Source: Phaeosaccion multiseriatum
Taxonomy: Eukaryota > Protista > Ochrophyta, other classes
Assembly: GCA_965112735.1 (NCBI GenBank)
Contig: OZ218965.1
Location: 2,108,001 to 2,172,000 of the forward strand
Direction: 5' to 3'
Length of the DNA: 64,000 bases
Each line of letters opens with the position of its first letter. Positions within the stretch are counted from its first letter, which is position 1. A model generated the notes under the pieces. It did no database searches and was not told the origin of the DNA. It saw only the letters and a program-made list of their open reading frames with translations. This document shows positions 49,819 through 60,862 of this stretch, piece by piece. The position numbers were made by a program, and so were the translations under genes.

Positions 49819-50316
49819 ATGCCCCGTGCTAGCCGCCTGCTTCACCTCCTCCTGCCGTTTTGCCTTCTCTCCCTGCCTTCATCCCTGGGGAACTCGTTTG
49901 GGGCCACTGTTGTGAATCCGTACGCCACGGGCGCTTCTGAGGAGGCAGATGATATTTTGGATGAAGACACGCTTGCAAAGACCGTGATCACAATTGACGA
50001 CTTAGACACCGCCAGCTGCAGTGCCTACCTGTGTCCTGGTCTCCCTCTGATCATGGCCAGCTATCTGGAGGGGGGCTGCGAGGACACACTGGAGGCTTTC
50101 GGGGAGCACCAAAGGTTGCATCTAAACTACAGGACAAGTTTTGGGGGAGGGCAGCAGCAGCTACTGTTCGAGCTGAGACGGAGCGCGACTGAGAAAGGGC
50201 TGCGCACAGATCAGCTGATGGGATTGGCAGGAGGGTGTGGCCTGATGGGGCTCCTCATCGGGCTGCTTGCGGGGGGATACAAAACGTCGTCGCCTCATTT
50301 TGCCGCCTATGTGTAG
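49819..50316 (+). CDS. Hypothetical 165-aa single-pass membrane protein (signal peptide plus C-terminal TM helix)
   Basis: ATG ORF in non-repetitive sequence; hydrophobic N-terminus LLHLLLPFCLLSL; C-terminal LMGLAGGCGLMGLLIGLLAG. Confidence 0.55.
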   Translation: MPRASRLLHLLLPFCLLSLPSSLGNSFGATVVNPYATGASEEADDILDEDTLAKTVITIDDLDTASCSAYLCPGLPLIMASYLEGGCEDTLEAFGEHQRLHLNYRTSFGGGQQQLLFELRRSATEKGLRTDQLMGLAGGCGLMGLLIGLLAGGYKTSSPHFAAYV

Positions 50317-51127
50317 TATCCTACGATTGGGGTGATCCTCCTTGATTGGAGAATGCTTACTGGACTGCTACGACTTGCAGCGGCTCCTTCCCAAGAGCCG
50401 CAACTTGACCATTGAGCCGCTCACACACTCGCTGATGCCGATGGTAGGGAGACTCCGTCCTCTCCCCCGTCCTATAGCAGCGGTCGACACTTGGATGCTG
50501 CCTAGCGGAGGAAGAGGCAAAGCTGGTGCACCGAGTAAACCGATATGGGTTCACTTCGAGCCGCAGAAGCAGCAGTGGGAGGAGGCAGACGAAGAGGCGG
50601 CTCCGAAAGGGGGCGAACATTCAGTGTTGGAGGCGGTGCCAAAGCAACAACGGAGCAGCCGCTATTGCGAGCCGTCGAAGATGGACTCAACGAGGGGAGG
50701 CGGCCCTTGCATAAGGGTCACAGGCACGAGCATCTACGCCTCTGCTCCCTGCATGCGAGCACCTCATCAGGAGGAACGGCAGGAGGAAGGATTGAAAATT
50801 CTTCCTTCTTCTTGGCAGGGCTCTGTAGCTACAGAAGGGCCGAAGGAGGTCGTGCGTTCCCAGAACAGGGACCACACGTGCTCCAACCCCTAGCTCCTCA
50901 GCCTGCTCTCACAACACATGCTCCAACCCATAGCTCCTCAGCCTGCTCTCTGAGCAAGAAAGGTGTGGTCAGAAGCGGCTCAGCCCCGCGAGTAGGGACC
51001 ATCCCGAGAAGGGGTGGGCGTGAAGCAAGTAAATCTTGTGTGTAAGATTAATTCATGAATTGAATCAAGATCAACTAGAGAAAGCCGCACTTGTCCTGGC
51101 CCCTCCACTCCAGGCGTAAGCTTACAG

Positions 51128-51949
51128 TTACAGAAAGTCTAGTGAGAAGGACACGCTTCCGGGGAAGGTGTGGATGTCCACCTTTGGAGACATGCCCCCC
51201 ACCGCCAACACCCCCTCGTGTGGCCCCTGCACCTTGTTCATACCCAAGGCGAACACACTCGGTATACTCCCTGACTTGACCGCGGCCCGCAGGCTGAGCT
51301 GGCTCCAGTTCCAATACACGAGGCGACGCTCCATGCCAGCAGTAATGAGGCTGTCTTCTCTGTACACCATGGCCTGCAGAGGCGCGGCGGCTGACGAGGC
51401 GGCGCTGGTCAGCTTGCGCGTGGGGAGGTGCCACATACCGAGCCAGCCTTTCTGCCGAGTGCCACCCCAGTCCGCCCCACCGGCCGCGTCTCTGCCACCA
51501 CCGCAGGCCAGCCAGTTGCCGGCCGGCTCCACACTCATGGCCCCCACCCACCCCTGTGCTGAAGGCGGTCTCTTTCTCTTTGCACCGCTTCCGCCGCCGT
51601 TAGAAACCCCTTTACTACCGCCGTTACTGCTACTACTTCTACTGCTGCTGTTGCTGCTGCCTTTACTATTGCCACTTGCCCCCCCCATGAATCCGCTTGC
51701 GGCCATTGACTCCAGCGGCCGCATGAAGTCAACACTGCATCCCTTGTTGGCTTGTCTGCAGTCCCAGATTCCCACCATACCGTCCGCCCCCCCCGTGAGC
51801 ACTGCGCCGATGCTTGCTACAGACTGTGCGAGGGCAGAGCAAGAGAAAGAAAGGGAGGGGATCCATCGCTCAGAAAGCACACTGAAAGAAAGATACCAAT
51901 TGCCTGCCCATTGTGTAGGCGTGCTCACACACACACATACACACACAAA

Positions 51950-52002
<53 letters not shown>

Positions 52003-53039
52003 CAGCTTAATTCGCAACACGCCCCACCATCCACTTGCTCCTCCTTCTCCTCCGTGCTCAGCGCCTCCCCCCCGTCACGTCACCGCCACGTCACCTGTAT
52101 ACAGTACAGCTGCTTCCGATGGCCCTCCAGCGTCTTGACGCACTGCTGCGTCTGGAGATCCCACTCATACGCATTGGCGTCCCCCGTGGCCGTGTAGAGA
52201 TGGTGCGTGGAGGAAGACGACACCGAAAGCGCGTTCACCTCTGCTCGGGGCAGCAGGGCCCCTCTCTGGCCAGAGATTTGGGGAGTGTCCATGCTGACAG
52301 GCGGCGGCCCAGGCAAGTCTGTACTTCCGGGCTGGAGGCAGCACAGCAGCTGCCGCCACGGCCAGCCGAAGGTTCCCTCGTCCCCGCCACTGACCAGAGG
52401 AGAAAGGCGACAAGCGCGTGGACGAGGCAGGAGAGGAGGCTTTGATGAGGCAAGAGGGAAAGGAAAGATGGCGAGGTGGCGAGGAGGCGTTGAATGAAAT
52501 GGTCAGGAGCCCACTGCGAGTGAGAAATCTTCCCAAGCACGATGGTGATGAGCCCTCAGCGCATCGCACACTCACCACAGCAGTAACACGGCGTCCCCAT
52601 CGCCCACGAAGCGCAGGCAATTAATGCTGCCCCTCCCCGGCTGGAAGGACAAGTCGGGCGCAAAGCTGGGAGCAGCAGTCGCAGAAGCAGCGGCCTCAGC
52701 AGCCCCTCTGTTGGCGCCCTGCCCCTCGCTCCTCCTCCAGAACGCCTCGCCCATGTACGCTGTCATGTCCCACACCGCAATCCGCCCAGACTCACTCGCA
52801 GCCACCAAGTGCCGCCCTTCAGGGCACCACAGCAGAGCCATAACGGTGGCGTACGCCGCCCTCCTCTGCTCTGCGAGAGAGGCTCGATACGCCCTCTCGT
52901 CGAAGTCTGCCGGCGCCCTTCCCATCGTCTCGAAGTCTCCCCCTCCTTCCCCGCCGCCTCGGGATGGACCGTTCGCCGCAGTGTCGTCCGCCACATCCAT
53001 GGCACTGGGCGAGCTCGCTCCCCTACCTCTCTTCACCAT
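51128..53039 (-). CDS. THOC6: WD40 protein, THO complex subunit 6 (3 exons)
   Basis: FDERAYRASL, LVAASESGRIAVWD, GSINCLRF, RGALLPRAEVNAL, LYTATGD..AYEWDL..LEGH, VLTGGADG.VGIWD, NWLACGGG..MWHL resemble THOC6/DWA1. Exons about 53039-52574, 52393-52095, 51821-51128. Confidence 0.8.
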
Positions 53040-53226
53040 TTTTTGCAGTTTCCTCAGGGTTTCCTCAGGGCCTAACAAACTGCACTTTTTGGGGATCTTT
53101 TTGGTGTCCGTCTCCACGCCAACCACCCCGCTCTGAGGAAGCCGTGGTAGCCCTGTGGGGCGGCGCACCCCGGTCTCGTTTGAATCCAGACACAGCAGCT
53201 GGCTTCCCACCTGCTGTGGCCCGACC

Positions 53227-55459
53227 ATGCGGCCACAGCGACAACTCGGCTTTCAGAAGCTCTTTCTTTTCGTGTGGGTGGTCCTCTCCACGCCCTCTTT
53301 GCTCTGTCGTGGCTTCGCTCCTCCGCCCGTCCAGGCCGTCCGCCAAGGGCCAAGATGGCGAAGCAAGGAGGTCGTGGCTGGCGTGTCGTCCTCAGCACTG
53401 TTGACGGCACCCACCCTCGGCACCATGGTGTACGAAGGCCGCAGCTGGACGAGGCAAAGCTCAGTACGGACCGCAGCAGCGACAGCAGCGGCAGCAGCAG
53501 CAGCAGCAGCAGCAGCAACGGTGGTCACAGGAGCGAGGCCAGCGACGTCATCATCAGGGGTCGCGTCGTTGTCCGCCTCAGCAGGGGCAGGAGTAGCAGC
53601 AACAGAAGCACCAGAAGCAGCAGGATGCTTCGAGGGACCGGAGAAGACCCTCGAGATCCTCTTCCGAACGGATGCGGGTCCAAGCGAGGGGCTCCGAGCC
53701 ATCAGCCGCGTGCAGTGGGAGGCCATTCTGGAGCAAGCGCAGTGTCGAGTCCTGCAGCACTCCGGCAACGAGTGGCTGGACAGCTATGTGCTCAGCGAGA
53801 GCTCTCTCTTCGTATACCCCCACAAGCTCGTACTCAAGACGTGCGGCAGCACCACGCTCCTGCGCTGCTTGCCGCTGCTGGAGGTGGTGACCAAGAGCTA
53901 TGGATTGGTGCTCAGCTGGCTTGGCTACAGCAGGATGGACTTCCTCTTCCCTGAGGGACAGGTGGGTGCCTGTGTAGAGACGCCACGTGGCATGGCCTCA
54001 GCTCTGGTCGTGCGGTGGCGTCCTCCTTGTCCGGCCTCTGAGGAAGTGTTAGTGTTGTTTTCCAACGTCGAGTGCACCTTGACCCTGACCCTCGCCCTGC
54101 CCCTGACCCTGACCCTGACCCTGGACCGCAGAACTACCCGCATACGGGCTTTGAGGAGGAGGTGACATTTCTCCGTACCATGTTTGAGGGGAAAGCGTGT
54201 GTGCACGGCTCCCAGCCGGGAAACCTGTTCTACACCTTCGTCGGGGACAGGGAGGCACCACAAGCAGCTGCAGTAGCACCGGGGGCGAGGGAGCTCTCGG
54301 CAGGAGTAGAGCTGGGAGCAGGAGCGGGAGCGGGAGCAGCAGGAGCAGCAGGAGCAGCAGGAGCAGGAGCGAGAGAGGTTTTGCACGGCAGCACAGACGG
54401 GAGGGGCGCTAGTAGAAGCACACTCAATGTGATGATGTTCGACCTGCCCAGGCATGTGGCGGGGCAGTTCTATGCGCCCAAGGGAGGAGGAGGAGGAGGA
54501 GCAGGAGGAGGAGGAGCAGGAGTGGGGGAGGAAGGGGGAGGAGGGGAAGCAAGGGCGGATGAGTGCTTAGGAGGAGGCGGCGGAGGGAGTGCGGCGGAGG
54601 TGTGGAGCCGCGGCGATGGGACGCAAGTAGCCGAGGCAACGGGGATTGCAACGCTGCTGCACCCTCAGGCCCAGCTGCACTCGCACCTCTTCGACCCCTG
54701 CGGCTACAGCATGAACGCTCTCTTCGCTGACAATTACTTCGCCATGCACGTCACTCCAGAGGAAGGTGCGCACGTCTGACTGACTCTCTGAGTCTCTGAC
54801 CCACCGTCACCCCTCCTTCCTTCCCTTCTTCCGTCCCTCCTTCCTCCCCTCCTTCCGTCCCTCCTTCCGTCCCTCCTTCCGTCCCTCTCTGACCCCGCTC
54901 TGCCCCCCTCCCGTCCTCTCCGCTTCCTCTTGCCTCTCCCTCATGTACCGCAACAGGGGCGAGTTACGCGAGCTTCGAGACCAATGTACCATCCAGCAAG
55001 TACTCTTCTTTGCTGCGCAACGTCCTCTCGGTGTTCCAGCCCAGCCATGCCACCGTCACGCTCTCGGGGTCCATCACTGAGGAGGAGGGGGAGGGGGAGG
55101 GGAGGGAGGGAAGGGGGACGGAGACAAAGCACAACAGCCCTGTACGGGACGTGCGCATTACCGTACACAGCGATGTCGCTGCCATGGCTCCCGCCTGGAG
55201 GGAGGAGGAGGAGGAGGAGGAGGAGGAATCGCACAGAGCCACTGCTGGCCATGCCGAGGCAGGGCCAGCAGGGGCAGCAGCCGGGGGTGACGGGGTGGAT
55301 GCAGCTGGGCAGGGGCTGGAGCTGCAGCTGCAGTATAAGCGCACGCACTTTAGTGTTGAACGCTTCAGTGACGACCACACCTTCCACATGGCAACGTACG
55401 TAAGGGACGGCGCCGAGGGTGGGGGCGCGGGAGAGGGCGAGAGCGCTCAGTCTCGATAG
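53227..55459 (+). CDS. AMD1: S-adenosylmethionine decarboxylase proenzyme (eukaryotic type) with a predicted bipartite plastid presequence
   Basis: Exons 53227-53961, 54132-54765 and 54957-55459. FEGPEKTLE, YVLSE/SSLF (autocleavage site), KTCGSTT, FDPCGYSMN and HVTPEEGASYASFETN are all intact. Confidence 0.95.
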
Positions 55460-56020
55460 CAGCAGGAGGAGCAGGAGGGAAGGAGCTGAAGGGACACACG
55501 GAGGGGAGCGGGGCAGCGAGCGAAGCGAGGACTTGCTGGGCTTTGCTGTTGGGGGAGGAGTGCGCCATGTGTCCCTCCCGAGTGAGGTGTGAGGGGAAGG
55601 GGGTGGCTGATTCACAGACTCACATGACAGATAGAACAACGTATACAAAACATACATTTTGGGGTGGAGGAGGAGGAGGAGGAGGAGTTCGTGGACAGGT
55701 TTACGAGTATATACATACCAACGATGGACCAAGGAAGAAAGGAACGAATTTACCAACTAATAACGAATTTATTGTACTTGGATGCGAGTAGTAAGCTCAC
55801 ACACACATGAAGCGTGTGATGCATATGGACTTTTGGACTCTTTGTCTTGAGAGCGGAGGAGTGGGCCAATCAATAAATACAAAAAGCGCTGTTGCCGCGA
55901 CGGAAAGGCATATGTCCACATGCCCGTATGCCCGTATGCCCGTGAGAGGTGCTTCTCAGCACACTCACAATCCGTCTCCCCCACGCCCTCTCCGCCTCCC
56001 CGCCACGCTCCACGAGCCCA

Positions 56021-56141
<121 letters not shown>

Positions 56142-56228
56142 ACGAGGCGCCCTCCCCACGCTCACTGATCCTTCCTGCCCGGCGCCGTCCATTGGCCTGT
56201 GGCCTGTCCATTGGCCTGTGGCCTGGCC

Positions 56229-58715
56229 TCAAAACGCCGTAATCCCCACGCCGCCATCTCGGTTCAATGTGCGGTCGAATTCCCCCCCTCCTCCTCCTAA
56301 TCCCCTGAGCACGTGCTTTCCCCCTTGCCCTCCTCTCCCCCCCTCCTCCTCCTCTCCGGCCTGCGTCTCTGCTGGACTGGCGGTCTGGCCCGAGTACGAC
56401 GGCGTGACCTTGTGCGGTCCCTTGCCCCTGCCTCCTCCTCCTCCTCCATCTCCTCCTTCTCCTCCTACTCCTCCTTGCACAGGCTGGGGCGTGTACGTGG
56501 CCGGGATGGGCACGGGCGCCGTGTGGTACAGCCCCAGGCCTGCCCTGACCTCATCCTCGTCGTGGTGGTCGTGCGCACGCCCATCCCGCTCGTGCAGGCC
56601 GCCCCCGCCACCGTCGCCGCCTCGGTAGGGAGTGCTGGAGGTGGGAGTGTAGCGCTGCTGCTGCTGCTGCTGGTGGTGGTGGGGATGGTGGTGGTGGCTG
56701 GGCGGGCTATACTCGTCCGAAAGGGACGAAAACATAACGCCCGGCGGGGGCACGTAGCTACTACCACCGCCACCGCTGCTGCCGTACGCCCCGCTGACCG
56801 CTGCCACGCCCCCTCCTCCTCTCCCTCCCATGCTCCCTGACACCAGCTGGGCCTCATTGAGCTCCTTGTTGAGCCAGTTGATCACCTGCTGGTTGGACTC
56901 CAACAGCCCCGCGCTCTCCTCCAGCTTGCCCTCTGCTTGCTCGAGGTTGCGCTGTAGCTGGGAGGCCCGCTCTACGGCGTTCTTGCGCTCGCCTTCCGCC
57001 TGCAGTACGCGGTTAGAGGCGGCGGCGAGGGAGTCCCTCTGTTCGAGAAGGAGCCGCTCCTGCTGCTTGATCACATCCCCCTTGAGGCGGGCCTTGCTCT
57101 TGAGGCTGCGGTACTCTGCCTGGATCTGCTGTATGATGGCGTTGCCCTTGTTGATCTCACTCACAGAGGCCTCCAGCTTCTCCTGGAGAGCCAAAACGTT
57201 GGCCTTGTAGGCTTGCAGAGACTGTTCCAGCCGCAACTTGCTCGCATCTGCCGCCTGCTGCAGCGCGCTGGACTTTTCCACCATCTCCACCTTGTCCGCC
57301 ACTTGTTGCGTCAGCGCGGCCACTTGCAGGGCCAGTCGCTGCCCCTCTTTCTCCAGTCTGAACCGCTCCGCCTCCTCCTGGCGACTCGCCGCTCTCAGCT
57401 TGCCCACTTCGCTCTGCAGGGCCGCCCCCTCCTGCTCCCCCGCCTCGAGCCTCTGCCTCAACTGATTGGTGAGTGCCTCCCCCTCAAACTTGCTCCTTCG
57501 CAACTCGTCCCTCTCCTCCTCCGCCGCCTTCAAGCCCGCCGTCAGCAAAGCCTTGTCCTCCTCCGCCTGCCGCCGCACACATGCCATCTCGGAGCCCCTC
57601 TCCTGCGCCAGTGCCTCCGCCTTCTCCAGCGCGCTCTCCTTCAAGGCCGCCATTTCGGCGCAGTGCTTGGCCCGGAGGTCACGCAGATCCCTCTCCCTGT
57701 TAGCCCTTAGCTCTGCGGCCTCTCCGGCGAGCTCCTCCCCGCCGGCTCTCGCCTGCAGCAGGTCCGTGTCGGCCTCTCTCAGCCGCCTGCCCAGGGTCGC
57801 GTTGGCCCCCTTGAGCTGCCGCAGCCGGGCCGCGAGGTAGCTCTTGATGGAAGCGTCGTTGCCGGCCCGAAAGGCCAGACACAGGTGTGTGAGCTCCTTG
57901 AAGGGGTTGGTTTCCACGACGCTGAAGGTACTTCCACTGCCGCTGTTTCCGCCGCCGCCCGCGGTGCCACCGGCGACCTCCAGGCGAGCCAGGAACGCCG
58001 GGGCGGCGGCGGTGCCCTCCGCGGTGGGCACCAGGAGCACGGAGGTGGCCTCTGCGCTCTCCAGCTGCCCCTCCACCACGGGCGCACTTTGCCTCACTGT
58101 CTGCTGCATCGGTATGCCCTGCTGCTGCTCCTGTGTCTGCCGCTGCTGCTGCTCCTGCTGCTCCTGCTGCTGCTGCTGCTGCTGCGGCACCGTCCCCTCA
58201 CCGACACTACCGCAGCTCTCCAACAGCTCAATGAACTTCCTGGGGAAGGCCTTGAAGTCCACCCGCAGGCGCTGGTCGTGCTTGAGCTGGTGGTAGTCCT
58301 CCTCCCCTACCTGCAAGGTGTGCAGAAAGAAGGGGTCCAGCTCGTCCGTCAGCTCCACATGAAGCATCTCCTCCCTCTGCCCGCCCCCCATACCGGCCAC
58401 TGTGGCCCTGCTGCCCGCCAGCACTCGCACAGTGAGGGTGAGGTTCTTCTCATGGTCAGGGTACTTTACGCCCACCGAGAGGGGCCCACAAAAGAGGGGT
58501 TGGTCACGGTTCAGCTCATCTCCTGCCGGTGCGCCTGGCTGATGGTGATGCTGCTGGTGGTGCTGCTGGTGGTGCAGCTGCGGCTGCACCTGGTGAGGTT
58601 GGAAGAAATACGAGGAGCCTGCTGACGGAGCCATCTGGTGGTACGGCTGCTTCGATTGCTGTTGCTGCTGCTGGTGTCGGCCTAGTGCAGCGTCACCAGC
58701 AGCAGAGCGGTGCAT
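56229..58715 (-). CDS. SAS6: Centriole cartwheel protein SAS-6
   Basis: Head-domain motifs [38 protein letters not shown] and [27 protein letters not shown], followed by a long coiled coil ending [13 protein letters not shown]. One long ORF; the extreme C-terminus is uncertain. Confidence 0.95.
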   Translation of the reverse strand: MHRSAAGDAALGRHQQQQQQSKQPYHQMAPSAGSSYFFQPHQVQPQLHHQQHHQQHHHQPGAPAGDELNRDQPLFCGPLSVGVKYPDHEKNLTLTVRVLAGSRATVAGMGGGQREEMLHVELTDELDPFFLHTLQVGEEDYHQLKHDQRLRVDFKAFPRKFIELLESCGSVGEGTVPQQQQQQQEQQEQQQRQTQEQQQGIPMQQTVRQSAPVVEGQLESAEATSVLLVPTAEGTAAAPAFLARLEVAGGTAGGGGNSGSGSTFSVVETNPFKELTHLCLAFRAGNDASIKSYLAARLRQLKGANATLGRRLREADTDLLQARAGGEELAGEAAELRANRERDLRDLRAKHCAEMAALKESALEKAEALAQERGSEMACVRRQAEEDKALLTAGLKAAEEERDELRRSKFEGEALTNQLRQRLEAGEQEGAALQSEVGKLRAASRQEEAERFRLEKEGQRLALQVAALTQQVADKVEMVEKSSALQQAADASKLRLEQSLQAYKANVLALQEKLEASVSEINKGNAIIQQIQAEYRSLKSKARLKGDVIKQQERLLLEQRDSLAAASNRVLQAEGERKNAVERASQLQRNLEQAEGKLEESAGLLESNQQVINWLNKELNEAQLVSGSMGGRGGGGVAAVSGAYGSSGGGGSSYVPPPGVMFSSLSDEYSPPSHHHHPHHHQQQQQQRYTPTSSTPYRGGDGGGGGLHERDGRAHDHHDEDEVRAGLGLYHTAPVPIPATYTPQPVQGGVGGEGGDGGGGGGRGKGPHKVTPSYSGQTASPAETQAGEEEEGGRGGQGGKHVLRGLGGGGGEFDRTLNRDGGVGITAF

Positions 58716-59694
58716 GGATTGTTCTGCTCCCTCGCTTTCAATCCAATCGCCTCACTGGTGTTTGGTCCCCCTCTCTGCTCTCCCGCCCACTCGCCCTAGA
58801 CTCACGCAACGTGTCTGCAGTATCGTAGGTATAGCACAGCCCATCGGGCTTGGAAAATTCGCTGCCGATGCTTCTGCCGCTGCCCCCCCCCCCTTTCTCT
58901 CTCTGCAGCTCAATCACCTACTCCACCGTGTCGTTTCCAAACTGTGGAAGAGCTCACGTTCCCCTCCCTTCCGCCCCCCGAGAGGCACCCGCGAACGGGA
59001 AAAGACGTGCCACTAACTCCCCGTAGATCAGCAAGGCCTTCCCAACAAGTTGGAGCAACGTAACTTGCTGTTCTGGGGCGCAGGAGCAAACAAAACAAGC
59101 TTGCCGTAAAAGAGGGTGGCGAAGTTCGAAAATCAAAAAATCACAGATCGAATAAAAAAACATACGCATGGGATGGAGCAAGAGAGAGAGAGCAAAACTC
59201 ATCCCATGGGTACCTTTTGGGGTGCGGCATTTTCATGCAGAAAGAGGATAGAGTCATTCGGGCCCTTCTTTACCACTACTGTGCGGGGTTGGTTTGAACA
59301 GGTGCGTAGGCGCTTGGAAAAACGTTTGGCATGCGTGCCGTGGGCCAAGTCTGTTTGGCGGCAAGCGCATCCATTAATGCGCCATGAGTTAAAAGTTCCC
59401 CCCCTTCCTTCACTTTTGCCCGCTCCATCTCGCCTTCTTCGAGAGTGAGGGGTGGAAGAGGCCTGAAGTCCGCTTGTGCGATCGGCGCTTCATATGCACT
59501 CAGCTCATTCTTCAACCCCGTCCCCCCCCAACATTGATCCTCATGCCCTGCCTTCCGGACTACATGCGTCTGGTCTGTTTCTGTGTCTGTGGATTCGTCT
59601 CTGGCCTTTTCCACCTTTGGATGGATCCAACACGCACATGCAGATACACAGGAGGGCCAGTAGTAGCCTCATCAGTAAGGCGGCAGGCAGCAGT

Positions 59695-60831
59695 ATGGGG
59701 GCCTCGACAACAGCGACGTGTTACCTGGCCGTGCTGCTGCTTCTCGGAGGAGGAGGAGGAGTCAACGGGTTCTCACTCGGGGGCGGTGCGGTCCGGCAGG
59801 CCGCCGCGCGCCGGGGCGGACGATCATCCCTTGCAAAGGAGTCAGCGCCGGTGGCGGCGGCTGCTGTTGTTGCCGCTCATGGCGCCGCGTGCAGCTGCAG
59901 TGCATGTACAAAGACGGACGGGGCCTTGCGTATGAGCCTGGGGGGGTTGTCGTCCTTGTCATCCGCGCACTCTCCGGGATGCGTGTGCAGCAGCTGCAGC
60001 AGCGGCAGCATTCTGAGCATGATGGTGGGCGCAGGCCTTCCTAGCAGCCGCGCACACGCAGCGGGTTGTTCCTGCAGCAGCTGCAGCTCGAGCTCGCTGC
60101 TGGCCAGCCGCCACGGCGCAGACTGTGCGTGCTCCACCTGCTTCTCCTCCAACGTGGTGATGGCATTCACGCGGGGAGTGGCGGATGGGCTGCACGACTC
60201 CGACTGCCTGTGCGGGGATTGCACCTCGTCGAACACACACCTTGGCATGTCACAGGGAGGAGCTGCCTCTCCCCTGTCAGCACACAGCGCCACCTGTGCG
60301 TGCGCTGCCTGCGTGGGCCGAGGAGTGACCATCATGGAGTACTGGCCTTCCTCCGGTGCCGTCGCTCCCGCTGCGCATGCCGCAGGCTGTGAGTGTGCCA
60401 CCTGCTCCCCTGTCACGGCAGGGGTGGGGGCGACGAATGCCGCTCACTCTTCTTCGCACCCCTCGGGATGCGGCTGCAGGGCCTGCTTCGGTCAATCCGT
60501 CGCGGCACAGACCCTCCTGGCAGGGGCCCCTTTCGTGGCGTCGGCCTCCTCTGTGTCCGCCCACTCTTCGGACTGCGCCTGTTCCTCTTGCGTATCGAAG
60601 CACGGGGCCGGGTGTGTGTGCGCCTCTTGCGCAGGGCAGGTGCAGGCGCACTCTGCGGGTTGCGGCTGTGCGACTTGCGCGGGTCAGGCTCACGCCGCGG
60701 ATTGTAACTGCAGCAGCTGCGCGGGGACCTCCCTGTCAATGACAGCTGCGGCACTCGCCTTTGCGCCCTCGTTTACTTCCCTTGCCTCCACTCACGCCGC
60801 TACCTGCTCCTGCGCCATCTGCTCGGGCAGA

Positions 60832-60862
<31 letters not shown>

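Noticed and set aside
50342-51045. Overlapping ORFs of 166-183 aa
   Set aside because: No recognisable motifs or clear splice structure; likely convergent 3' UTR or intergenic sequence.
53040-53226. Polyamine-responsive AUG uORF upstream of AdoMetDC
   Set aside because: There is no ATG on the + strand in the spacer.
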